From an uncultured virus (IMG/VR IMGVR_UViG_3300014208_000430) (Duplodnaviria > Heunggongvirae > Uroviricota > Caudoviricetes), in IMG/VR virus record IMGVR_UViG_3300014208_000430: a stretch of 20,000 nucleotides of DNA; one strand, written 5' to 3'. The notes under the pieces are model-generated. The model did not search any database. It worked only from the letters and a program-made list of their open reading frames with translations, and was not told the origin of the DNA. The translations under genes were made by a program, and so were the position numbers. This document shows positions 1-8,298 of the stretch, one piece after another; the stretch's first letter is position 1; each line of letters starts with the position of its first letter.

Positions 1-1100
1 TTAGATTTTTTCATTTCGCTAAAGTAATGAATTCTCATATGATTTTGTACTAACCATACTACTTTATCTATGATTTCCGATGAAAATTTCATTCTTGTTA
101 ATATCTTTTTTGCTATTTCTGCTCCTATATTTTCATGCTCGTAGAAATGAATTTCAATTTCACCATTTTCTGATAATGATTTTAATGTAGTTTTTGATTT
201 TCCTATATCGTGTAATACGATTCCAAGTAGAAGTTCTAATGAAGGATTTTCGCACACATTAAATCCTGTTATACTATCCAATGCTAATAAAGTATGTGTA
301 AAAACATTTCCTTCTGGATGATGAACCTCGCTTTGTTCAACATTTTTTAATTCTACAAGTTCTGGTAATATTTGAACCAACAATTTTACATTATCAAGTG
401 TTAGAATTCCTTTGACTCTATTATCAGACATTAGAATTTTTGTAAATTCGTCTCTTATTCTTTCATCTGAAACTGGCTTGGAATATATTTCAACATATTC
501 ATCACCATCCCAAAATTCATGTTTAGAAATAATCTTTAAAGTTCCTTCAAATTCAAACATGTCATAATATGTTCTTTCTTCTAATCTAAAGTCTAATAAT
601 GTATTAAATCTGACAGCTCTTAATAATCGTAATTTGTCTTCTGCATATCTTCTTTTCGGCAAGCCAACAGTTCTTATTTTTTTATTTTCAATATCTTCTT
701 GACCACCAAAATAATCATAAATATTACCATCTTTATCCATTGACATTGCATTTATTGTAAAATCTCTTCTTTCTAAATCTTTTTTTAAGGACGATACAAA
801 TTCTACATCACAATGTCGACCATCGCAATTAGTATCTATTCGAAATGTTGTAACTTCTACAGGTAAATCCTTAAATATTATTGTAACAGTCCCATGTTTA
901 AGACCTGTCTCAATGTATTTTAGATTGTTTGATTTTGAAAATTCTATAATTTGTTCTGGTAAAGCATTTGTAGTTATATCAATATCTTTTATTTCTCTAT
1001 CCATTAATAAATCTCGAACAGCACCACCTACTATATAAGCTTCATAATTTTGTTCATTGAATTTTTGCAATAATTCTAAAGCAGTTTCAATTTTCATCAT
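1..1100 (-). CDS. cca: Class II CCA tRNA nucleotidyltransferase with HD domain (3' end runs off the window)
   Basis: Hand translation, >366 aa open: MMKIETALELL...YIVGGAVRDLLMDREIKDIDITT (motif A), GLKHGTVT, EVTTFRIDTNCDGRH, DLERRDFTINAM (motif B), EDKLRLLRAVRF (motif D), ERIRDEFTKIL, then HHPEGNVFTHT...LHDIGK...HFYEH (HD domain). Confidence 0.95.
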   Translation of the reverse strand, partial: MMKIETALELLQKFNEQNYEAYIVGGAVRDLLMDREIKDIDITTNALPEQIIEFSKSNNLKYIETGLKHGTVTIIFKDLPVEVTTFRIDTNCDGRHCDVEFVSSLKKDLERRDFTINAMSMDKDGNIYDYFGGQEDIENKKIRTVGLPKRRYAEDKLRLLRAVRFNTLLDFRLEERTYYDMFEFEGTLKIISKHEFWDGDEYVEIYSKPVSDERIRDEFTKILMSDNRVKGILTLDNVKLLVQILPELVELKNVEQSEVHHPEGNVFTHTLLALDSITGFNVCENPSLELLLGIVLHDIGKSKTTLKSLSENGEIEIHFYEHENIGAEIAKKILTRMKFSSEIIDKVVWLVQNHMRIHYFSEMKKS

Positions 1101-1101
1101 T

Positions 1102-1239
1102 TTAATATTTACCTTTAAGTGAATCGAGATTATATCCAAAAGGAATCCAATTTCCATATTTTATTCTTGTATTATTTAAATCGATACGATATTGTTTTCT
1201 AAATTCATGAATTTTCTTTTCTCGTTTCTTATTTTTCAT
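1102..1239 (-). CDS. Small basic hypothetical protein, 45 aa
   Basis: ATG..TAA, MKNKKREKKIHEFRKQYRIDL...; AGGA upstream; tiles the operon. Confidence 0.6.
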   Translation of the reverse strand: MKNKKREKKIHEFRKQYRIDLNNTRIKYGNWIPFGYNLDSLKGKY

Positions 1240-1248
1240 AATTAAATC

Positions 1249-1341
1249 CTATTTGCAAATACAATATAAACTTTCATTTTCTATGTCAATATCTTCTTTA
1301 GTTTTTATTGGAATTAAACAAATATTACAAACTATAACCGT
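1249..1341 (-). CDS. 30-aa CxxC...CxC microprotein with putative ACG start
   Basis: GGTGGAATAAAT-ACG-GTT..., (M)VIVCNICLIPIKTKEDIDIENESLYCICK*; fills the gap between neighbours. Confidence 0.5.
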   Translation of the reverse strand, partial: TVIVCNICLIPIKTKEDIDIENESLYCICK

Positions 1342-1759
1342 ATTTATTCCACCAATCTAAATATTTTTCTCTTACTATGTAAACATCTGAACGTTTAGGA
1401 AATTCACTTAATATATATTGTAATTTTATAGGCATTAATATTGCACAATATTTATCTGCATAACCTAATTTTGATAAATTCATTCCTATTTTATTTACAT
1501 AATCTCTCGAATGACAAATACACAAATCATAATATTGTTTACCAAACAAATAACCACATATTTTAGCTCCCAATTCTGGATGAGTGTCTTCTTTTGATTT
1601 ATCTTGATTTATTCTTCCTATATCATGTAGTAATATACAAATAAATTCTCTCAAACTCGGATATTTTTTATATATCTTTTTCCAAGATAATGTTACATAC
1701 AATGTATGAAATAATAAACTATGATAACCTATTGTTAAAGTTTTAAGTCCTTGTAACAT
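1325..1759 (-). CDS. HD-superfamily phosphohydrolase
   Basis: H...LLHDIGR...HPELGA...HSR...ADK pattern; AGGAG SD. Confidence 0.8.
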   Translation of the reverse strand: MLQGLKTLTIGYHSLLFHTLYVTLSWKKIYKKYPSLREFICILLHDIGRINQDKSKEDTHPELGAKICGYLFGKQYYDLCICHSRDYVNKIGMNLSKLGYADKYCAILMPIKLQYILSEFPKRSDVYIVREKYLDWWNKYGYSL

Positions 1760-1761
1760 TA

Positions 1762-2085
1762 TTAACTCCTTATTGTTACCAACTGTTTCTTTAATGCTAT
1801 CGTAGAATCTGAATGATATTTAAAACAATCTTCATCACAAATTATATTGTAACATTCTATACAATTTATTTTACTGTATTTTGGTTTCGATGGATTATCT
1901 TTCTTTTTTGGATTTAAACCAATCTTTGGATTCTCATTATTTACTGTAGGATTTGGTTGCGAAATTGAATCAGATGTGCTGGCATTCCAATTTATATCGT
2001 CATGAGGAATTTGATGTTTCTTAGCATGACTTCTTGAATGATGTTTATGTTTTAATTGATATAATATTTTTGCATTTTCAGACGT
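1762..2085 (-). CDS. 107-aa protein with His-rich N-terminus and C-x2-C-x4-C-x3-C motif; putative ACG start
   Basis: GAGGTGAATTAA-ACG-TCT-GAA; 108-codon open frame with no in-frame ATG; its 3' end carries the SD of the next gene. Confidence 0.7.
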   Translation of the reverse strand, partial: TSENAKILYQLKHKHHSRSHAKKHQIPHDDINWNASTSDSISQPNPTVNNENPKIGLNPKKKDNPSKPKYSKINCIECYNIICDEDCFKYHSDSTIALKKQLVTIRS

Positions 2086-2262
2086 TTAATTCACCTCAGG
2101 GTTGTATTTATTTAAGTTTAATAACATTTGTTCTTTTATAATCTCTTCTTTTGTAAATCTTGACGATGAATGTGGAGGAAATCTACTTAGAATTATATAT
2201 TTTCCAGTTCCATTGTGTTTTAATATATTCCACTTACTTCTTTCGATTGTATCATTTATCAT
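2086..2262 (-). CDS. Hypothetical protein, 58 aa
   Basis: MINDTIERSKWNILKHNGTGKY...; ATGA overlap with upstream stop. Confidence 0.65.
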   Translation of the reverse strand: MINDTIERSKWNILKHNGTGKYIILSRFPPHSSSRFTKEEIIKEQMLLNLNKYNPEVN

Positions 2263-2459
2263 TTTAGCAAATCCTCGTAAGTTAAATCTTCTAACTTTGA
2301 AATTCTTTTTGGAAGAATATAAGCTTCAGCAACTAATTGTAAAATATCTCCAGCTGGAATTTTAATTTCATTTCCTTTACGATCTGTTATAAAGATATAT
2401 CCACTGAAATCACTATTGTGATTAAATTGAGTTCCGTTATTTCCTGTAAAACTGTCCAT
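2259..2459 (-). CDS. Hypothetical protein, 66 aa
   Basis: ORF track; AAGGAG SD. Confidence 0.75.
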   Translation of the reverse strand: MDSFTGNNGTQFNHNSDFSGYIFITDRKGNEIKIPAGDILQLVAEAYILPKRISKLEDLTYEDLLK

Positions 2460-2460
2460 A

Positions 2461-2634
2461 TTATTCTCCTTGTTTTAAGTAAGAATCGTTTAAACTGAAG
2501 TTTTCCACGTTACATTTTATTATTACACTTGCTAGATTGCTAAGTGTTATATTTATCTTTTTATCTTTTAGTTCTCTTTGTTTATTCCATAATAATTCAT
2601 GAATATCATCATCTACTAATATTGTCTTTACCAT
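2461..2634 (-). CDS. Ribbon-helix-helix DNA-binding protein, 57 aa
   Basis: MVKTILVDDDIHELLWNKQRELKDKKINITLSNLASVII: alternating beta strand plus two helices; GGAG SD; first gene after the promoter. Confidence 0.7.
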   Translation of the reverse strand: MVKTILVDDDIHELLWNKQRELKDKKINITLSNLASVIIKCNVENFSLNDSYLKQGE

Positions 2635-2686
2635 TATATCATCTCCGTAAACTTAACCTCTTATAATACTATAATAAACGTTATAC

Positions 2687-2700
2687 TATTTAAAGGTTTG
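2687..2700 (-). promoter_or_regulatory. Archaeal BRE-TATA promoter
   Basis: CAAACC-TTTAAATA about 53 nt upstream of the RHH ATG. Confidence 0.6.
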
Positions 2701-2720
2701 CTTTTTATATAAAAATATTA

Positions 2721-2773
2721 AAAAAGATATAATAAACTTGCCATAAAAAGAGTTGCTGGATATTTATATCCAG
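2721..2773 (-). terminator. Hairpin plus oligo-T terminator
   Basis: CTGGATA-TAAA-TATCCAG (2756-2773) immediately after the stop of 2774..3925, followed by T tracts on the minus strand. Confidence 0.55.
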
Positions 2774-3925
2774 TTAATAATCGTTTGGTGATTTTATATC
2801 TTTTATTTTTACGAAAAATGTTTCATATTCGTATGTTGTTCTGTCGTAATTATAGCCAAATGATGTATATTCATTTTTATAAGGTTCTATGATGTCAAAT
2901 AATGAATTATACGAATTATTTCTTGGTACAATATTCCATATAATATTTCCTCTTTTATCAGTCTTTATCAATATTCCTTTATTAGGTTCACCGATTTTTT
3001 CATAAAAAGTTCCAGAAAGTATATATCCATTTTTTGTCTTTTTTATAGAATTTACTTCATTATACACACCATACGATATCAGTTTGATCCACTTCAATTT
3101 TCCATTTTTACTAATTTTAGCTATCCAACTGTTTTTTGAATTTGGATATGAATTTTCAAGATAACCAGTTATTATATATGCATCATTTGATAATTGAATC
3201 GATGAAATATGACCTATTCCTTTAAATTGTTTTGTCCACACAACGTTAAAATTTTTGTCTGTTTTTATAATTATTCCATCAAGTCCATCGCTTATTGATC
3301 CTGTTATTATATATCCACCATCTAATGTTTGTTTTATAACAGAAGAATAATCAAGATCACTGTTGTTTGTTAATGTTTTATTTATAATTACATTTCCTTC
3401 TGAATCAAATTTAATAACAAATAATGATTGTGGATTTCCATTATAATCTTGTATATTGCCAAGAACTACATAATTATTGTCTAATGTTTGAGCAACAGAT
3501 TTAAAAGAAAGATAATTTTTCTCTTGTATATATCTTTTCCACATTACATTTCCATCTTCATCTGTTTTTATAATAAGTCCACTTGATAACCATTCATCTT
3601 CATCGTTATGAAGTTCATAACTCGATGTTCCAACTATTATATATCCATTATCAGGAGTCAATTCTATATCTGAAAAATAACTTCCATTACTTTCATCATA
3701 ATTTTTTTCTAAAAATACATTTCCACTTGAATCTATTCTAGTTGTTGATGCATACGATTCACGTTGACCAGCAAAAATGTATCCATCATGATCTGTTATA
3801 TCGAAAGCTTTTGTGTGTGAAATGTTCAAAGTTTTGTTAACAACTGTTATTGGTACAGCAGTTGATATTGTGACTGTTAGGAATATTATTAATATTCCTA
3901 TTAAGATTTTATTTAATTTATTCAT
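2774..3925 (-). CDS. Secreted/surface beta-propeller repeat protein, 383 aa
   Basis: N-terminal signal peptide (MNKLNKILIGILIIFLTVTISTA); repeated TxDGGYIITG...IIKTDxxGNxxW blades. Confidence 0.8.
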   Translation of the reverse strand: MNKLNKILIGILIIFLTVTISTAVPITVVNKTLNISHTKAFDITDHDGYIFAGQRESYASTTRIDSSGNVFLEKNYDESNGSYFSDIELTPDNGYIIVGTSSYELHNDEDEWLSSGLIIKTDEDGNVMWKRYIQEKNYLSFKSVAQTLDNNYVVLGNIQDYNGNPQSLFVIKFDSEGNVIINKTLTNNSDLDYSSVIKQTLDGGYIITGSISDGLDGIIIKTDKNFNVVWTKQFKGIGHISSIQLSNDAYIITGYLENSYPNSKNSWIAKISKNGKLKWIKLISYGVYNEVNSIKKTKNGYILSGTFYEKIGEPNKGILIKTDKRGNIIWNIVPRNNSYNSLFDIIEPYKNEYTSFGYNYDRTTYEYETFFVKIKDIKSPNDY

Positions 3926-3940
3926 GTTATTTATACCTCA

Positions 3941-4531
3941 TTAATTTGATAATTCTAATAATTTCTTATTTAGTTTTTCAATTTCTTTTTCAGTATTTAA
4001 TATATCTTTCTTAATTTCTTTTTGTGTTGATTGATATTTCTTCTTTTTTAAATTTTCTTTGGATTTTTCTAATACCCATTTTTCAGTTTCTAAATTATCC
4101 AAAAGTTCTTTCTTTAAATATTGAGGTGTTTGTACTTGTTTTTTACGTTCTATTTTTGCAATTTTTCGTTGTTTGGCTTCCTTTTCCCATTCAGGTACAT
4201 ATTTTTCATATCTTTGATAGAATGGTAATTCTGATGGATCTTTGACACCTTCTGGACGTTCTGCATCATAATATTTTTTCTTATGTTCTATAAAAACATG
4301 TTGAGGAAGTCCTATTGTATCCAAATCTACACCAAGAACTTTTGGTGCTGTTTTACACTGAACTTTAATGGATTTATCTTTTAATGTATCGGAAACTGCA
4401 TTGGCAAAAAATCCACAACTTTTATTATTTATAGTTCTTGGAATTAGTTCAAAATCTTTTCTATATTGAACAATTAAATCTTCAATAGTTTCTGTTAGTT
4501 TCTTTTCAGTTAATTTCTTTTTAGTTGTCAT
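3941..4531 (-). CDS. Papain/transglutaminase-like (Cys-His-Asp) domain plus C-terminal coiled coil, 196 aa
   Basis: INNKSCGFFA ... QHVFIEH ... YYDAERPEGV..ELPFY; Lys/Glu-rich heptads at the C-terminus. Confidence 0.55.
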   Translation of the reverse strand: MTTKKKLTEKKLTETIEDLIVQYRKDFELIPRTINNKSCGFFANAVSDTLKDKSIKVQCKTAPKVLGVDLDTIGLPQHVFIEHKKKYYDAERPEGVKDPSELPFYQRYEKYVPEWEKEAKQRKIAKIERKKQVQTPQYLKKELLDNLETEKWVLEKSKENLKKKKYQSTQKEIKKDILNTEKEIEKLNKKLLELSN

Positions 4532-4532
4532 T

Positions 4533-4754
4533 TTATAACTCCAGTTTTTCGTGACATTTTGTACATATCCAAATTAATATAGGCTTCAATTCAAAATTTC
4601 CAGAAGAAGTTTCATACTTCTTATATTCGATTAAAGGTGTCATTCTTTCTTTACACTTACAATAACAATTAATTCCTTTATATCTAAGATTATCTACACT
4701 AATTTCAACATCGTGTTTAGGAAAGTTTATATTAAAATTTTTATCTTCACTCAT
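4533..4754 (-). CDS. Zinc-ribbon-like protein, 73 aa
   Basis: CYCKC...WICTKC; GAGG SD. Confidence 0.7.
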   Translation of the reverse strand: MSEDKNFNINFPKHDVEISVDNLRYKGINCYCKCKERMTPLIEYKKYETSSGNFELKPILIWICTKCHEKLEL

Positions 4755-4783
4755 TATTTAATCCTCTTTTCTATATTTTCTAT

Positions 4784-4817
4784 TATTTATACATCCTTTG
4801 TTAAATTATCTATAAAT
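4784..4817. repeat. 34-bp exact direct repeat, copy 1 (copy 2 at 7628-7661)
   Basis: tatttatacatcctttgttaaattatctataaat present at both sites; spans the 3' end and stop codon of the paralogs. Confidence 0.9.
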
Positions 4818-5197
4818 TTTTTAATTGAACAGTGTTCTTTATTGTTTTTTTCTTTTAATATACATACACTATTACATTTATTCCAACAATAATAATTTAA
4901 TTTTTTGTATATTAGATTTTTCATTGTGTCTATTGTTATATCTTCAAATTCTATACCAGTTACTTCTTCTAATGCAGATGTAAGTTGTTCTTTATAATTT
5001 TTACCTAAATTTAATTTGATTTTATTACTTATTTTAATTTTTTCTTTTAAATCTATAATCTCAATCTTTAAATCATCATTTTGAATTGTTAATTTAATAA
5101 TTTCTTCAGTAAGTTCATTTAATTTGTCATTCACTTTCTTTTTTGTATTTTCACTTGTTCCTATATCATATAAAAAGGTTTCAGGTTTATTATTCAT
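4787..5197 (-). CDS. Coiled-coil plus Cys-containing domain protein, paralog of 7631..7873
   Basis: Shared EQLxxALEExTGxEFExITIDTxKNLIYKKL...FIDNLTKDV; GGAGG SD. Confidence 0.8.
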   Translation of the reverse strand: MNNKPETFLYDIGTSENTKKKVNDKLNELTEEIIKLTIQNDDLKIEIIDLKEKIKISNKIKLNLGKNYKEQLTSALEEVTGIEFEDITIDTMKNLIYKKLNYYCWNKCNSVCILKEKNNKEHCSIKKFIDNLTKDV

Positions 5198-5352
5198 TTG
5201 TTTGCCTCCAAACTTACTTCTTCAATTGTAAGTTTGTATATTTTATCATTAGACTTAACAATAACTTCATTATCATTTTCTCCGTTTGATGAACTATGAT
5301 TTCCAAAAAACATTTTCATCGCATATAATACACTTGTTCTTATTTTATTCAT
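5194..5352 (-). CDS. Hypothetical protein, 52 aa
   Basis: MNKIRTSVIYAMKMFFG...; GAGG SD; ATGA overlap downstream. Confidence 0.65.
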   Translation of the reverse strand: MNKIRTSVLYAMKMFFGNHSSSNGENDNEVIVKSNDKIYKLTIEEVSLEANK

Positions 5353-5354
5353 AT

Positions 5355-5594
5355 TTAATCCTCTAATTTATCTGGTTTCTTCCATATTATTGAAATTGAA
5401 CCTTTATCTTCATTATAATCTGCATATTCAATTTCGCCATTGTTCAATCTTATAACAGATTCATAACCATTTTCAAGCATAGATGGAATTTCGTGTACAT
5501 AAATAAAAGATTCTCTAACATTTTTACTATAATAATATGGAGATGATGAATCTTCTACTATTATAACTTTTATTTTTTCTTTATTTTCTTCCAT
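5355..5594 (-). CDS. Hypothetical protein, about 79 aa
   Basis: ORF track; likely start at MEENKEK. Confidence 0.7.
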   Translation of the reverse strand: MEENKEKIKVIIVEDSSSPYYYSKNVRESFIYVHEIPSMLENGYESVIRLNNGEIEYADYNEDKGSISIIWKKPDKLED

Positions 5595-5726
5595 ATTATT
5601 CATCTCTTTCATCAACTATTTCTGTTACATAATAACCTGTTTCATAATTTCCTTTTTCATCATATAGATACAGATGCTATATATTGTGGCATTGTTGATT
5701 TTTTGATTACTGCTTTTATAAGGCAT

Positions 5727-5921
5727 TTATTTATCTCCTTTGTTTGAATACCAAATCATACAATTTTTATGTTTCTTTGGTATTATATCTTTCTTTTTTC
5801 TTAATAATATTATTTGTTTCTGTGCTGTTCTATAAGCAAGATTAGGTAATTTCTTACATAACTCCTTACAAGTTTTTCCTGGTTCTTTATGTATTAAGTT
5901 TAGTAATTCTTCTTGAGTCAT
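5727..5921 (-). CDS. Winged helix-turn-helix protein, 64 aa
   Basis: ELLNLIHKEPGKTCKELCKKLPNLAYRTAQKQIILLRKKKDI..W pattern. Confidence 0.7.
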   Translation of the reverse strand: MTQEELLNLIHKEPGKTCKELCKKLPNLAYRTAQKQIILLRKKKDIIPKKHKNCMIWYSNKGDK

Positions 5922-5928
5922 AGTTTAA

Positions 5929-6183
5929 TTATAATGAAGATAAATCTGGATTACTGTATTTAAAACCAATATATGTAATTATAATTCCTATAAATGCTCC
6001 AATTATTGAAATTGAATATTGATTTATCAAAGCTCCAAATATTAATGAACCAAGTGAAATAAAAATTCCTAAAGGTACAATAAAACTTATTAGATCTTTG
6101 TTACATTCTGGTTTTAGAATTTCTTTTGTTTCATAATGATTATCGCATATTCTTTTTATCTTACTTAAATCTATTTTTTCCAT
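5929..6183 (-). CDS. Two-TM membrane protein
   Basis: Two hydrophobic segments. Confidence 0.75.
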   Translation of the reverse strand: MEKIDLSKIKRICDNHYETKEILKPECNKDLISFIVPLGIFISLGSLIFGALINQYSISIIGAFIGIIITYIGFKYSNPDLSSL

Positions 6184-6197
6184 ATTTATTCACTTCA

Positions 6198-6653
6198 TTA
6201 ATTTAATTTATCTTGTATTATATGAATTCCATTTGAAGTTGACATTCCTATAACAAATGAAATTATATAAACGTAATATATTTTTGATAATTCTATTGTT
6301 CTTTCCAGAGTTTTCCATAGTAATATATTATCATCTAAGAATAATCCAAATACATATATTAATGGAATTAATAATATTATTAAGTATATTATTTTTATCA
6401 TCACACCTAGTAAAATGTTGTGTGACATTCCTCTGTGTTTTGATGATTTTTTGTATATAAACCACAACCATTTGTGTTTATTATAAGGTGTGCTTCCTGT
6501 ATCAAGATCAGGTGTAATATAATTAGTTCCTACTATAAATCCTATTGTATATAATGGAATTACAAAATCTTTAGTGATAATTGCTGAATAAATTGTTAAG
6601 AGTAGTATTAACCACTCATAACATGTTTGCTGATGACGTTTGAAGTTTGGCAT
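6198..6653 (-). CDS. DUF2227-like membrane metal-binding protein (YdjM-like hydrolase clan)
   Basis: MPxxxxH, TPDLD, HRGMSH, terminal HIIQD motifs with TM segments. Confidence 0.8.
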   Translation of the reverse strand: MPNFKRHQQTCYEWLILLLTIYSAIITKDFVIPLYTIGFIVGTNYITPDLDTGSTPYNKHKWLWFIYKKSSKHRGMSHNILLGVMIKIIYLIILLIPLIYVFGLFLDDNILLWKTLERTIELSKIYYVYIISFVIGMSTSNGIHIIQDKLN

Positions 6654-6658
6654 TTAAT

Positions 6659-6910
6659 TTACGATATCAATATCAATTTCTTCTCTTTTCTTATTTTATT
6701 TTTAAAATTCTTACCGATATCTTTATCAAATTTTACTTTACTATTTGGATCATTATATTGATCATTAATCCATCCGAGATAAGTAAATTCTTTTTTTATC
6801 GTGGGTTTTACTAGTACAGTTTTTATAGTTACATCAGGAAAGTTTATTTTACTCTTTCCTGTTCTCAGTTTTTCTGACCACTGTTGATCCATTAAAATTT
6901 GAAAATTCAT
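6659..6910 (-). CDS. Hypothetical protein, 83 aa
   Basis: ORF track; AAGGAG SD. Confidence 0.7.
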   Translation of the reverse strand: MNFQILMDQQWSEKLRTGKSKINFPDVTIKTVLVKPTIKKEFTYLGWINDQYNDPNSKVKFDKDIGKNFKNKIRKEKKLILIS

Positions 6911-6915
6911 ATTAT

Positions 6916-7092
6916 TTACTCCTTTATTATTGCACCATTGTTTATCAATGAAAAATGTTTGTATATTTCAGAATTAGTCGGTTTTCTATTGTTAAGTATT
7001 GAAAATTCAGTCTTTGAACATAAAAGAACTATATCTACACTAATATCTCTTCCATTAATATAGATCAATCCAAAATTTGATAAGTCTGTCAT
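6916..7092 (-). CDS. Hypothetical protein, 58 aa
   Basis: MTDLSNFGLIYINGRDISVDIV...; ATGA overlap. Confidence 0.6.
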   Translation of the reverse strand: MTDLSNFGLIYINGRDISVDIVLLCSKTEFSILNNRKPTNSEIYKHFSLINNGAIIKE

Positions 7093-7244
7093 TTTTTAAT
7101 CCATCCTGGACATGTCCTGTTTAACAAAGATTTTGTGTATTTTTCTATTTTAGTGTCATCATAGTCTTTTCCGTTACTTATCATACTTTTATGTATGTTT
7201 CTTATAGCTTTAAATCCAGATTCATAACCATAATCTACCATCAT
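7089..7244 (-). CDS. Hypothetical protein, 51 aa
   Basis: MMVDYGYESGFKAIRNIH...; tiles the operon. Confidence 0.6.
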   Translation of the reverse strand: MMVDYGYESGFKAIRNIHKSMISNGKDYDDTKIEKYTKSLLNRTCPGWIKK

Positions 7245-7259
7245 TCCATCCTAAAGAAT

Positions 7260-7628
7260 TTATTCTTTTGCTAACACTTTTGTTTTATAGAATTTATTTA
7301 ATCCTCTTTTAAGTTCATCAACTGACTTTGAAACTTTATATTTTGAATTTAAATCTTTATTTTCTTCCATAACATCATCATATTCTTTTACCCAGTCACG
7401 TAAATCGACTAGATTTGAATCAGTTTCTGATTTTTTCACTTCTTGAATACATTTTTCTGTTTTTATATCATTTACAGTTGCTATATTTTGTCCATCAACA
7501 TTAAATACAAATGATACTTTATACCATGTGTCAGTTTTTAATTTATCATTCTTTAATAATTCTCTCGATGCTAATCTCAACTGCATTGCTGCAGGATTCT
7601 CTAATATTTCAGTTGTTTTGTTTTCCAT
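7260..7628 (-). CDS. Hypothetical protein, 122 aa
   Basis: ORF track. Confidence 0.8.
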   Translation of the reverse strand: MENKTTEILENPAAMQLRLASRELLKNDKLKTDTWYKVSFVFNVDGQNIATVNDIKTEKCIQEVKKSETDSNLVDLRDWVKEYDDVMEENKDLNSKYKVSKSVDELKRGLNKFYKTKVLAKE

Positions 7629-7630
7629 AT

Positions 7631-7873
7631 TTATACATCCTTTGTTAAATTATCTATAAATCCTTTTATTAGACATAATTTCTTATCACTACAATCTTTT
7701 TTCTTGCATAACATATTACATTTATTATTTTCACAATATTCATCTAACTTTTTATATATCAAATTTTTAAACGTGTCTATTGTTATATATTCAAATTCTG
7801 TACCAGTCGCTTCTTCCAAAGCAATTCTTAATTGTTCTTCACAATTTTCATCGATGTTTAGTTTATTTTCCAC
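7631..7873 (-). CDS. Cys-containing protein, paralog of 4787..5197 (GTG start)
   Basis: Clear protein similarity; AAGGAG SD. Confidence 0.8.
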   Translation of the reverse strand: MENKLNIDENCEEQLRIALEEATGTEFEYITIDTFKNLIYKKLDEYCENNKCNMLCKKKDCSDKKLCLIKGFIDNLTKDV

Positions 7874-7875
7874 GT

Positions 7876-8148
7876 TTATTCTCCTTCTTTAGTATCTTTC
7901 TTCATCAAATCGTTTGAAATTACATTCTCTAAAATAAATTGAGAATGAAAAGTGTTATATGCTTCATTCAATTTATTTAGCTCTTCGAATGTCATGTGAC
8001 ATTTTACTATTGCTACATTATCTACGAATGTTATTTTTTTCTTTAAAGATTCTTGTAAGTGTTCTTTAACTGATACATCTAATTTATCTATGTTAAAATT
8101 TATAGATTTAATTATTCCATTTTTTCCGCTTTCAAAGTTGAAAAACAT
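7876..8148 (-). CDS. Hypothetical protein, 90 aa
   Basis: ORF track; AGGAG SD. Confidence 0.75.
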   Translation of the reverse strand: MFFNFESGKNGIIKSINFNIDKLDVSVKEHLQESLKKKITFVDNVAIVKCHMTFEELNKLNEAYNTFHSQFILENVISNDLMKKDTKEGE

Positions 8149-8162
8149 ATTATTTATCTCCT

Positions 8163-8297
8163 TTAATTTATTGTTAATCTTGATGATGGAATATCATTAC
8201 ATTCAGATACTTCATCACATATTTCATACTTTCCATAGCTCTTAAATAGACTTTCTGGCAATTTATTTTCCTTTCTACATTTATTACAATAAAACAT
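8163..8297 (-). CDS. CxxC microprotein, 44 aa
   Basis: MFYCNKCRKENKLPES...ICDEVSEC; AAGGAG SD. Confidence 0.7.
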   Translation of the reverse strand: MFYCNKCRKENKLPESLFKSYGKYEICDEVSECNDIPSSRLTIN

Positions 8298-8298
8298 A

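Noticed and set aside
2702..2715. TTTTTATATAAAAA palindrome
   Set aside because: A/T only, low information in this genome
4787..7873. Diversity-generating retroelement TR/VR pair
   Set aside because: Differences are not adenine-specific (for example TCA versus CTA), include indels, and no reverse transcriptase is seen
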